A stretch of DNA of 64,000 nucleotides from an uncultured Johnsonella sp. (lineage in GTDB: Bacteria; Bacillota; Clostridia; Lachnospirales; Lachnospiraceae), in the NCBI GenBank assembly GCA_900766185.1, contig CAAFUL010000085.1, positions 65,465 through 129,464 on the forward strand. Direction: 5' to 3'. The position numbers and the translations under genes were made by a program. Shown one piece after another: positions 38,849 to 47,848 of the stretch. Positions within the stretch are counted from its first letter, which is position 1, and the number at the start of each line of letters is the position of its first letter. A model generated the notes under the pieces. It worked only from the letters and a program-made list of their open reading frames with translations, made no database searches and had not been told where the DNA came from.

Positions 38849-39115
38849 TTATTCATCAAGTATTTGTACTTCAAGATAATCAAAATCAGTTGCCTCTATA
38901 AAGTTATCGGCATAAAATCTTGTCTTTGAGTGTAACTGAAAATCTTTAATATTAAGTTCCAACCATATGGGGGAAGCAAGGTCAAGTTTATGGCAGGCTT
39001 CCTCCAAACATAAAAGAATCATCTTAGTACGGGAAAGATTGTAATTATTACTTTGGGCAACATAGTCCTTAACTATTTTATTGTTCCTATATATTTTGAC
39101 CCACAAACGAAGCAT
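38849..39115 (-). CDS. hypothetical protein (88 aa)
   Basis: Intact ORF divergent from the 39314 gene. No recognisable motif. Confidence 0.3.
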   Translation of the reverse strand: MLRLWVKIYRNNKIVKDYVAQSNNYNLSRTKMILLCLEEACHKLDLASPIWLELNIKDFQLHSKTRFYADNFIEATDFDYLEVQILDE

Positions 39116-39313
39116 GGCTATCCTCCTTTTTTGAGTTTAAGTATAGCATATGTGTCAAGGAGGTACTGAGATGAATAATTTTTACACATGATTTAGTTGG
39201 AGGCTTGACTGTATAAAAAACAATAATAAAGTTTACAAAAGCTGATTTTTGTGAATTTGATTATGGGGTTTTATACTATCTGATAAGTTGTTAAAAATTT
39301 TAAGGAGTTTAAT

Positions 39314-40408
39314 ATGGCACAGCCTATAAGCGATTATAAGAGTTTTTTCGAAAATGCCAAGCAGGCATTAAATGATGCGGATGCACTTGGCATAGAAGAG
39401 GAAAGATTAAAAGAAGAAGAACTTGAGCTGGAAGAAGCTATTAAAAATGAGAATAAAATTTTAAATGATAAGATTGATGAAACCGTTAGAGAGCGTAGAA
39501 AAGAACTTATTGATACCTATGATAATGAAATAAAAAAAATTGAAAATAAATTAAAAGAATTAAAAATCAAAAGACAGGAAGCGAGAGAAAAAGCGGTTAA
39601 GGAAAAACAGGATTTTGAGACTGCACATCTGTATCAGGACATCAAAGATTCAAAAAAGAAGATCAAAGATCTTTGTAAGATGTCGAAACTTCCTATGATA
39701 TGCAGTTCAAAGTTCTATTATACTTTGTACTTTCCAAGAAAATTATATGAATTTATACTGCTGTTGCTGTATTTCATATTGATATTTGCGGCGCTGCCTT
39801 CAATTATATATTATTTTTTACCTAATAAAAGTCCATATTATCTTATAATCATTTATATGTTATTGATTTTAATAGTGGCATCCATATATCTTTACATAGG
39901 CAATATAACAAAGGCAAAAAAATTCAAAGCCCTGAAAGATATAAGGAAGGTATTTGACGATATATCGGATACCAATAAGAAAATAATTAAAACAAAAAAA
40001 ATGATTAAAAAAGATAAGGATGACTCGAATTACAACTTGGCAGAATATGATTTTAATATTTCAGAAGCTGAAAAAGAGCTTGAAGATATTAATATTAAGA
40101 AAAAAGAAGCCATTAAGAATTTTGATAATTCGACAAGGCATATTATCGCAGACGAAATACTTACGGCGGCAAAACCTAAGATAGATGAACTTGACTCAAG
40201 GCGTGTAATCATAAGCAGTGCTATAAATAGAGTCTCAAAAGAATTAAAGGATAAGAATATTTATATCTCGGAGAATTATGAGGTATACCTCGGCAGAGAA
40301 TTTTTAGATGTGGAAAAAATAGACGCTCTTGCAAATATTATGGATAAGGCTATTGTAACTAACTTAAGAGAAGCTATAGAAGAGTATAGAAACAGTATGG
40401 AAGTGTAA
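39314..40408 (+). CDS. hypothetical coiled-coil membrane protein (coiled coil - 2 TM - coiled coil)
   Basis: Heptad-rich E/K segments at aa 1-120 and 200-364. Two hydrophobic helices at aa ~150-200. Translationally coupled to the next gene by a 1-nt gap. Confidence 0.4.
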   Translation: MAQPISDYKSFFENAKQALNDADALGIEEERLKEEELELEEAIKNENKILNDKIDETVRERRKELIDTYDNEIKKIENKLKELKIKRQEAREKAVKEKQDFETAHLYQDIKDSKKKIKDLCKMSKLPMICSSKFYYTLYFPRKLYEFILLLLYFILIFAALPSIIYYFLPNKSPYYLIIIYMLLILIVASIYLYIGNITKAKKFKALKDIRKVFDDISDTNKKIIKTKKMIKKDKDDSNYNLAEYDFNISEAEKELEDINIKKKEAIKNFDNSTRHIIADEILTAAKPKIDELDSRRVIISSAINRVSKELKDKNIYISENYEVYLGREFLDVEKIDALANIMDKAIVTNLREAIEEYRNSMEV

Positions 40409-40409
40409 T

Positions 40410-41873
40410 ATGGATGAAAGACGGCAGTTGCCACCTAATGATAAAAGAAAAGGCAAAAACAATATTCGAAAGATACCAAATGACTATCAAAGGAAAAATA
40501 TTGTAAGAAAAGTGCCCGTAAAAAAGAATAATAAAGATAAAGAAGAATATCCTTTACATAACAGGCAAAAAAAAGTCAATATCAATGAAGAAAATAGAAA
40601 AAAAGAGGTCCCAAGAAGAAAGATAAAAAGAGAACCTGAAAAAAATGAGCAGCGATATGAGAAGAGTTTAACAGATAGAGCTGCCAGACAAAAAAATCAG
40701 CTAAAGGAAGTAAAGTCTAAAAATTCTTCAAAGGATCCTAAGAAAAAATCAAGAGCAGGTGCTTTCATTTTATTTGTAGCTGTAATTTTACTGTTGTGGG
40801 GAAGCTTTATACTTATAAAAAATAAATTTTATAAGTACAAAAGCTACTCACTTAAGTGGACTAAGGAACTTAAGCAAGGAAGTATAGTAGGCTATGAAAC
40901 TTTTAATGATTATATAATTAAGTACTCTAAAGACGGAGTGGTCTGCCTTGACAGATCCGGTAATGAAGTATGGATAGACAGTTATGAAATGAAGGATCCG
41001 ATAGTTTCGGTAAGCTCTTCGTATGTAGCCATAGCAGACAGACAGGGAACCAATATATATATATTCGGAAAAGACGGAAGGATAGGAAGTGCCTCAACCG
41101 GTCTTCCGATATCAAGAATAAGTCTTTCGGATATAGGAGTATTGGCTGTGATAGTAGAAGACAGTAGCTCTACAGCTATTAATTTTTTCAGTAAAGAGGG
41201 TAATGTTATAGACATAACTGTAAAAAACTCCCTTACCGGAGACGGATACCCTACGGATATAAGTCTTTCTCCTGACGGTAATAATTTGCTTGTATCTTAC
41301 CAGTACATACAAAATTCCATGTTAAAAGGAAGCGTAGTATTTTATAACTTTTCCAATATAGGTAAAAACACTCCTAACAGAATAATGGGGGGTTTTAATG
41401 AGCCTTTTGAAGACAGCCTTATAAGCAAGGTGAGTTTTTCCAAAAAATTGGATTCCTATGTGCTGGCAAGCAGCGGAGTTTATTTTTTTACTTCGCAAAA
41501 TATCGTAAGCCCTAAGCTTAAAAGTTCCTTCCCGGAACAGTCTGAAATAAAAAGTGTAGCTTATAACAAGGACTATATAGTTATGATCGTGGATAATATA
41601 ACGGATCAGTATAAGTATACATTAAAAGTTTATAGTACAAACGGCAGATTGGTCTTGGAAAAGGGAATCAATTATGACTATGAAAGACTTGACATAGATA
41701 AGGATTATATATTTTTATCAGACAATAATTCCTGTCTTGTATATAATATAGAGGGTAAGGTAAAGTTTGAAAGTGATTTGGAGTTCCCTGTACTTAAGTT
41801 CTTAAAGGCGGGAATGGGGGACGGACTTATATTACTTGGTGATTCCAAGATGAACTATATTGATCTAAAATAA
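40410..41873 (+). CDS. hypothetical membrane-anchored protein with a basic K/R-rich N-terminus and a large beta-rich (propeller-like) extracytoplasmic domain
   Basis: About 115 aa of K/R/E-rich low-complexity sequence, then a single TM (AFILFVAVILLLWGSFILI), then ~350 aa rich in beta-strand-like repeats. Confidence 0.4.
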   Translation: MDERRQLPPNDKRKGKNNIRKIPNDYQRKNIVRKVPVKKNNKDKEEYPLHNRQKKVNINEENRKKEVPRRKIKREPEKNEQRYEKSLTDRAARQKNQLKEVKSKNSSKDPKKKSRAGAFILFVAVILLLWGSFILIKNKFYKYKSYSLKWTKELKQGSIVGYETFNDYIIKYSKDGVVCLDRSGNEVWIDSYEMKDPIVSVSSSYVAIADRQGTNIYIFGKDGRIGSASTGLPISRISLSDIGVLAVIVEDSSSTAINFFSKEGNVIDITVKNSLTGDGYPTDISLSPDGNNLLVSYQYIQNSMLKGSVVFYNFSNIGKNTPNRIMGGFNEPFEDSLISKVSFSKKLDSYVLASSGVYFFTSQNIVSPKLKSSFPEQSEIKSVAYNKDYIVMIVDNITDQYKYTLKVYSTNGRLVLEKGINYDYERLDIDKDYIFLSDNNSCLVYNIEGKVKFESDLEFPVLKFLKAGMGDGLILLGDSKMNYIDLK

Positions 41874-41886
41874 TAAGGAGAGCAAA

Positions 41887-42837
41887 ATGGAACAACTTTG
41901 TATAGGTATAGATTTGGGTGGTACTTCCATAAAAATGGGTATTTTCGGTGCTGATGCAAAACTGTTAAAAAAGTGGGAAATCCCTACAGATACAAGCAAT
42001 AAGGGTGAAAATATTATAAAGGATATTGCAAAATCCATAAAGAAGGAATTAAAAGCCTCAGACCTGTCCATAATGGATTGCATAGGTATAGGAATGGGAG
42101 TGCCGGGGCCGGTGCTGAAGTCAGGTTATGTAAAGGTCTGTGTAAACTTAGGTTGGAAAGATGTATATCCCGGAAGGGAACTTTCGGATATACTCGGGGG
42201 TATAGCGGTCTACCTTGGAAACGATGCCAATGTGGCTGCACTTGGAGAAGCATGGCAGGGTGCAGCTAAGGATATGCAGGATGTAGTACTTGTAACTATA
42301 GGAACCGGTGTGGGAAGCGGTATTATTATAGATGGCAAGATAGTTGTAGGAAGACACGGTTTGGCAGGAGAGATAGGGCACATCCATGTAGAGGACAATG
42401 AAAGCAAACAATGTAATTGCGGCGCCTATGGATGCCTTGAACAGGTGGCAAGTGCTACAGGTATAGTAAGGCTTGCTAAAAATGCCTTGGAAGAAGGAAA
42501 AAGAACTTCAATGCTTCAAAATATAGAAAAAATAAGCGCAAAAGATGTACTTGAAAGTGCAAAAGCAGGAGATGAACTAGCCATGGAGGTTGTTCAAAAA
42601 GTATGCGCCTACTTGGGCGTGGCTATATCAAAGGTCTCACTTACGGTAGATCCCGAAGTTATAGTAATCGGAGGCGGAGTATCTAAGGCAGGAAGTTTCT
42701 TAACCGATCTGATCAAGAAAGAATACTTGAAGTATACAACTCTATCAGATGAACAAGCGGATATAGTTTTGGCTAAACTTGGCAACGATGCAGGAATCTA
42801 CGGCGCAGCTAAGCTTGCACTTTCCGCTCTTACATAG
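41887..42837 (+). CDS. glcK: ROK-family glucokinase
   Basis: IGIDLGGTSIKMG ATP-binding N-terminus. ROK signature and zinc motif (CNCGAYGCLE). Confidence 0.8.
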   Translation: MEQLCIGIDLGGTSIKMGIFGADAKLLKKWEIPTDTSNKGENIIKDIAKSIKKELKASDLSIMDCIGIGMGVPGPVLKSGYVKVCVNLGWKDVYPGRELSDILGGIAVYLGNDANVAALGEAWQGAAKDMQDVVLVTIGTGVGSGIIIDGKIVVGRHGLAGEIGHIHVEDNESKQCNCGAYGCLEQVASATGIVRLAKNALEEGKRTSMLQNIEKISAKDVLESAKAGDELAMEVVQKVCAYLGVAISKVSLTVDPEVIVIGGGVSKAGSFLTDLIKKEYLKYTTLSDEQADIVLAKLGNDAGIYGAAKLALSALT

Positions 42838-43300
42838 AAGATTTTGAACTCCGCAATTTTTGAAAAAAGCTTTTTAAGAGTAGGGAACATTCCTCGTGTA
42901 TGCTTCCCTTGCAGATTTCAAGCTCTACTTTATGATTGAATTTATCAATATCAAAAAGGTTGATTATAGATCCGGCACAGCCGGCTTTTGGATTAAGGCT
43001 GCCTACAATTACTTTTTTAATTCTGGACTGGATTATTGCCCCTGCACACATTGGACATGGCTCCAAGGTTATATACATGGTGCAATTTTCAAGTCTCCAG
43101 TCTCCAAGTTTTTTGCAAGCCTTCTTGATTGCCAGTATTTCAGCATGAGACAGGGTGGACTTATCCTTGTTGCGTCTGTTGTATGCCTTGGCTATAACCT
43201 TGCCTTCATGCACTATAACACAACCTATAGGTACTTCATTTATACTGTACGCTTTTTTTGCCTGCCTGATTGCCATATTCATAAAATGTAAAGTGTTCAA
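42830..43300 (-). CDS. tadA: tRNA-specific adenosine deaminase TadA
   Basis: Deaminase zinc-binding motifs HAEILAI and PCPMCAGA. Confidence 0.9.
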   Translation of the reverse strand: MNTLHFMNMAIRQAKKAYSINEVPIGCVIVHEGKVIAKAYNRRNKDKSTLSHAEILAIKKACKKLGDWRLENCTMYITLEPCPMCAGAIIQSRIKKVIVGSLNPKAGCAGSIINLFDIDKFNHKVELEICKGSIHEECSLLLKSFFQKLRSSKSSM

Positions 43301-43437
43301 TTATTATTCTCTCTTTCTTATAATATTTGTTATATGTTATAGCTGATAAAATGTTATACTATACAATTATAGCTTATAATAAGCCTATTAGGCAATAAAG
43401 ATAAAATTATATGGTGAATAAAACCGGAAAGGAATTT

Positions 43438-44133
43438 ATGCAGAAGATTCTCGTATGTGATGATGATAAGGAGATAGTAGAAGCCATTAGTATATATTTA
43501 ACAGGAGAAGGTTTCGAAGTAATAGGAGTGCATGACGGCACTGAAGCACTCAAGAAATTGGAGGACGGAGACATAGATCTTTTGATCTTGGATGTTATGA
43601 TGCCCGGACTTGACGGAATCAGAACAACTTTGATGGTAAGAGAGAAAAGCTCCGTACCTATTATTATACTTTCAGCCAAGTCTGAAGATGCCGATAAGAT
43701 ATTGGGACTTAATATAGGTGCGGATGATTACCTTACAAAGCCCTTTAATCCTCTTGAACTGGTAGCCAGAGTAAAGAGTCATATAAGAAGATATACAAAG
43801 CTCGGTAATCTTTCCATCCAATCGGAAGCTATGATATACAGAAGCGGAGATCTGGAAATAAATGATGAGACCAAAGAGGTAAGTATACTTGGTGAAATAA
43901 TAAAGCTGACACCTATAGAATACAACATACTTTTGCTTTTGACCAAGAATGCCGGCAAGGTATTCTCTATTGATGAAATATATGAAAAAATATGGAATGA
44001 AGACGCAATCGGAGCTGATAATACAGTTGCGGTGCATATAAGACATATAAGAGAGAAGATAGAGGTCAATCCCAGGGAACCTATGTATTTAAAGGTCGTA
44101 TGGGGAGTAGGTTATAAGATTGAAAAAAGATAG
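43438..44133 (+). CDS. OmpR-family response regulator
   Basis: Receiver domain (ILVCDDDKEI, LDVMMPGLDG) and a winged-helix trans_reg_C domain. Start at ATG 43438 with RBS aaaggaa. Confidence 0.85.
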   Translation: MQKILVCDDDKEIVEAISIYLTGEGFEVIGVHDGTEALKKLEDGDIDLLILDVMMPGLDGIRTTLMVREKSSVPIIILSAKSEDADKILGLNIGADDYLTKPFNPLELVARVKSHIRRYTKLGNLSIQSEAMIYRSGDLEINDETKEVSILGEIIKLTPIEYNILLLLTKNAGKVFSIDEIYEKIWNEDAIGADNTVAVHIRHIREKIEVNPREPMYLKVVWGVGYKIEKR

Positions 44134-44145
44134 TGGTAAGGTAAG

Positions 44146-46494
44146 ATGAATAAGCGAAAAAAATCAAAGCTGACCTTCGGCAATACCTTAATGTTGATTC
44201 ATTTTATCGCCTTGATTGTATTTATTGTTGGAGTAGTAATGTTATATACCAATGATAATCTGAAAAAGGGAATTACATGGATCAATAATGAAAGTTATGA
44301 AGATTCTCCCGCCTTTGTAAATCAATTGGAAGAAGATATACAAAGTATATTTGATTATATACGGTATAAGGATGTATTTGAAACTGACGGTGTATTTGAT
44401 TTGAAGAAAGAAATGTTCAATATCAATATGGCTCCGGATGATGATGTATCCTATACCGTAGAAGATGTGATTAAAAATGCCAAACAACTGGGTTACTACA
44501 TAGATGAAAATTACAATTTCAGTATTTATGAAGGTGCGGATAAACAAAGTTTAAGCGATAGCTCTTTACTTGTAAATTCAAGGGCATATATGCAGAATGT
44601 TCAAATATATGAACCCGGAGATGCATACATGACCCTGCCGGTTCTTATAGAAGAAAGTCTTGGAGTATTAAGAAAATACTACGCCGCATATAACAGAATC
44701 GTGCTTAATCCCGGTAATATAAAGTACCGTATTGTATATGACAGTAATGAGTACACTAATGACAAAGAGCTTAACGCCCTTAATGTAAAGCAGTACGGCA
44801 AGTATGTTATAAGCAATTCACAGAGTATGCTTATGGATTACAATCTTTCTTCACCGCCTTCAAACTTATCATATCTTGCAACATCATTCGGAAGAGATAT
44901 TGAAGTCAGTGATTATGACATTATGATAGCGGTAGATACCTCATATCCTGTAAAAGATCTGTATTCAATAGGGCGGGACAGGTACATACAGCAAAGAAAT
45001 ATGTACTTTTACGGTTGTGTAAATATTTTATGCAGTCTTCCCATTATGTTGTTAAGTATAGTATTTTCACTCATCTTATACAAAAAGAAGGATGAAAACC
45101 CTGCAAAGCATATGTTTTACAGAAAGGACGAGTGGGGTATAGATGTTAATATATTCGTGTTTCTTATTGAAGTTCTATTGGTTTTGTTTTTCTGTTCTAC
45201 AATAGGAGATAAGTTTATACACATTTTTATTCCCATGGAAGCTTGGTATTTTTCTCAAATGCTTTTAAGATATGTACTTATATACCTGCTTGCCCTAAAT
45301 ACATTTATATCAATAATAAGGGGCATGAAGAGTGGAGTTATATACAATGAGCATTTGTTTAATTACATTAAAAAACAATTCAGTATATACAAATTAAAAA
45401 CCAATAATACAAAAAAGGTAGTGCTTTATTTTATCCTTTACAGCCTCGTTAATATAAGTATATACATTGCTTTATTGGCAGTTTATTTTATAGAGAAAAC
45501 TTTAACGGACAGATTTATCATGTTATTACTGTTTTTATTTATAGTAATATTTAATTTCGTGGTTTATCATATAATATACAAAAAATCAATAGAGCTTGAT
45601 AAATTGGAATATGCCGTAAAATCAATGGCTATAGGTGATATTAATTATAAACTGGAGGTTGAGGATTTTTCGGGTAAAGAGGTTGTTACCGCTAAAAGCT
45701 TAAACAGTATAGGACAGGGACTCGAAAAGGCAATAAGCAATCAGGTAAAAAGCGAGAGGCTTAAGGCGGATCTTATAACAAATGTTTCGCATGATCTTAA
45801 GACACCGCTTACTTCTATTATAAATTATGTGGATCTTATAAAAAGAGAAGATATACAAAATAAAAAGGTAGCGGAATATGTAGAAGTTTTGGAAAGAAAG
45901 TCAAGGCATCTTAAAAACCTTACCGAAGACCTACTTGAAGCAAGCAAACTTTCAAGCGGAAATGTATCTGTTGAAATGAATAATATAGATATTGTTGAGA
46001 TGATACTTCAAATGAATGGTGAGTTCGAGGAAAAGTATGCCGAACATAAGCTTACAATAGTATCCGAGCTTCCTAAAGAGACTGTTATGGTCAATGCGGA
46101 TGTAAGGCATCTGTGGAGGATCTTGGATAATATATATACCAATGCCTATAAGTATGCCAGAAAAGATTCAAGGGTCTATGTAAGTATAGAATCCGAAGAT
46201 GATATGGCTGTATTTACTATGAAAAATATATCCGAACATCCTCTTAATATCAATTCAGATGAGCTTACCGAAAGGTTTGTAAGGGGTGATATAAGCAGAA
46301 GTACTGAGGGTAGCGGACTCGGACTTTCCATAGCCAAATCTTTGGCAGACCTGCAAAAGGCGGTATTTAATATACAAATAGACGGAGATTTATTTAAGAT
46401 CATTATTAAACTGCATAAGGCTGATAAGGAAGGTAAGAAAGATAAAGAAGAAGCCCAAAACTTTGAGGAAAATGATGATTTATCTATCACATAG
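44146..46494 (+). CDS. sensor histidine kinase with a ~250-aa extracytoplasmic N-terminal domain and a multi-TM block
   Basis: N-terminal TM, large periplasmic-type domain, about six more TM helices, then HisKA (SHDLKTPLTSI) and HATPase_c (GSGLGLSIAKS). Confidence 0.85.
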   Translation: MNKRKKSKLTFGNTLMLIHFIALIVFIVGVVMLYTNDNLKKGITWINNESYEDSPAFVNQLEEDIQSIFDYIRYKDVFETDGVFDLKKEMFNINMAPDDDVSYTVEDVIKNAKQLGYYIDENYNFSIYEGADKQSLSDSSLLVNSRAYMQNVQIYEPGDAYMTLPVLIEESLGVLRKYYAAYNRIVLNPGNIKYRIVYDSNEYTNDKELNALNVKQYGKYVISNSQSMLMDYNLSSPPSNLSYLATSFGRDIEVSDYDIMIAVDTSYPVKDLYSIGRDRYIQQRNMYFYGCVNILCSLPIMLLSIVFSLILYKKKDENPAKHMFYRKDEWGIDVNIFVFLIEVLLVLFFCSTIGDKFIHIFIPMEAWYFSQMLLRYVLIYLLALNTFISIIRGMKSGVIYNEHLFNYIKKQFSIYKLKTNNTKKVVLYFILYSLVNISIYIALLAVYFIEKTLTDRFIMLLLFLFIVIFNFVVYHIIYKKSIELDKLEYAVKSMAIGDINYKLEVEDFSGKEVVTAKSLNSIGQGLEKAISNQVKSERLKADLITNVSHDLKTPLTSIINYVDLIKREDIQNKKVAEYVEVLERKSRHLKNLTEDLLEASKLSSGNVSVEMNNIDIVEMILQMNGEFEEKYAEHKLTIVSELPKETVMVNADVRHLWRILDNIYTNAYKYARKDSRVYVSIESEDDMAVFTMKNISEHPLNINSDELTERFVRGDISRSTEGSGLGLSIAKSLADLQKAVFNIQIDGDLFKIIIKLHKADKEGKKDKEEAQNFEENDDLSIT

Positions 46495-46583
46495 ACCGTT
46501 ACCGATGTACCTTGCCTTGGGCACGCCTTCTTAACTAAAATCTTGCAGCAGTATTAAGTTTTATTTTAGCCTGAGGGCTTGAT

Positions 46584-46631
46584 AAAAAAAGGTGTTGTAG
46601 AAAGCTTGAATCAGCTCTACAACACCTTTTT
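46584..46631. terminator. bidirectional rho-independent terminator between the convergent histidine kinase and 3D-domain genes
   Basis: A-run, then ggtgttgtaga...tctacaacacc stem, then T-run. Confidence 0.6.
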
Positions 46632-46653
46632 AGTTCTTATCTTTAGTGAACTA

Positions 46654-46799
46654 CCCATAGTCTAAAGCCTATGGGCTTCCTGCTTCGCTGACCTCGCAAC
46701 CTACTATCTCCACAGGCGTTAATTCGGGCAGTCCCTGCCCTATTGTTTTTTTCTTATACTACCTTAACCCACCGTCTAAAGCCAGTGGGTTAAGGTAGT
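46654..46799 (+). ncRNA. candidate structured RNA or repeat: two hairpins with near-identical GTCTAAAGCC loops flanking an intrinsic-terminator-like hairpin
   Basis: cccatagTCTAAAGCctatggg (46654-46675). gggcagtccctgccc followed by tattgttttttt (46726-46752). 15-bp stem actaccttaacccac-CGTCTAAAGCCA-gtgggttaaggtagt (46758-46799). No ORF. Confidence 0.3.
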
Positions 46800-46813
46800 A
46801 TTATTTCAATAAT

Positions 46814-47323
46814 TTATTGCTCAATTAAATACACATCAAAATACTGAACTCCATGAGCCATAGCCTCAGGGTATGAAGCATAGAATACATCTACCGTATT
46901 GCCTCTTACTGCACTTCCCTTATCTTCAACAGTATATACCGTAGGGCTGTCTCCAAGTCTTATCTTAGATCCCTGAGGAAGCACGGACCAGTCGGCAGCA
47001 ACGGTATGTGCAGCCTTTGGAATAACTCCGCTGGCAGTTTTTTGAGGATTAAGCTCAGTGCTGTCATTGTAACCTGTTGTTTTAAATTTACCTATATATT
47101 TTCCTTTAGCTTTTAATCTTGCTTCTTCGGCGAGCCTTGCTTCTTCAGCAAGTCTTGCGGCTTCTTTTTCCTTTAACTCAAGTGCATATCCTGGACCTGA
47201 CTTAGCATTTATCTCCTTTTGTTTTTGACTGTCTACGGCTACAGCTGCAAAAGCAGGCACATAGGTGCAAAGTGTAAACACGAAAGATAGCGCAACAATG
47301 CAGGATAAAATTCGTCTAACCAT
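46814..47323 (-). CDS. secreted 3D-domain protein (MltA-like lytic transglycosylase-type fold, cell-wall associated)
   Basis: Signal peptide. A/E/R-rich linker with LAEEARLAEEARL repeats. C-terminal 3D domain (AADWSVLPQGSKIRL...VEDKGSAVRGNTVDVF). Confidence 0.7.
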   Translation of the reverse strand: MVRRILSCIVALSFVFTLCTYVPAFAAVAVDSQKQKEINAKSGPGYALELKEKEAARLAEEARLAEEARLKAKGKYIGKFKTTGYNDSTELNPQKTASGVIPKAAHTVAADWSVLPQGSKIRLGDSPTVYTVEDKGSAVRGNTVDVFYASYPEAMAHGVQYFDVYLIEQ

Positions 47324-47481
47324 TTTATTTCACCTCCAAAGTGTAAATAAAAGTAAAAATTTACTTTGTTACATTATAATTACAAAAGTGTTAAAGGTCA
47401 ATAGTAAGAGAAAAATTTTAAACTTTTGTTCGATATAAATATATGTAAAATTTATACAACTTAAGTTAATAGAGTGTGCAC

Positions 47482-47847
47482 TTATTTTTTATATTTTGAA
47501 GTATCGTAATCCTCAACTACTATCTTATCCACATCTTGAAAAGGAGCAAGAGTGGAAACCATTTTGATAGGTTTATCATAGTTATTCACACAGTAATGCA
47601 CTTCGCCCGGCTCAATGTGGATAAAATCTCCAGCTTTTAAATGGTTAACCACATCGTCAACCACTATGTCGATCTCACCCTCAAGAATATAGAAATTTTC
47701 TTCCATAACATTATGATAATGGGCTTCGAAGTCCTGTCCCGGCATAAACTGAACCACTGCAAAGTTACTTCTGGGGCCCCTCATAAGGTATTTAGGACCG
47801 CTGTCTTTGAATCTGTATTCTCTTTCATTCTCATTTAATAAAAACAT
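47482..47847 (-). CDS. metal-binding cupin-2 protein encoded in an operon with lsrK (candidate LsrG replacement)
   Basis: Cupin motif 1 GQDFEAHYHNVMEENFYILEGE and motif 2 GDFIHIEPGEVHYCVN. Starts 1 nt after the lsrK stop on the same strand. Confidence 0.7.
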   Translation of the reverse strand: MFLLNENEREYRFKDSGPKYLMRGPRSNFAVVQFMPGQDFEAHYHNVMEENFYILEGEIDIVVDDVVNHLKAGDFIHIEPGEVHYCVNNYDKPIKMVSTLAPFQDVDKIVVEDYDTSKYKK

Positions 47848-47848
47848 A

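Noticed and set aside
42014-42411. Plus- and minus-strand ORFs (63-87 aa) inside glcK with Cys/Gly/Arg-rich translations
   Set aside because: They are alternative-frame readings of the glcK coding region. The relatively GC-rich glycine codons of the ROK motif region give open frames by chance.
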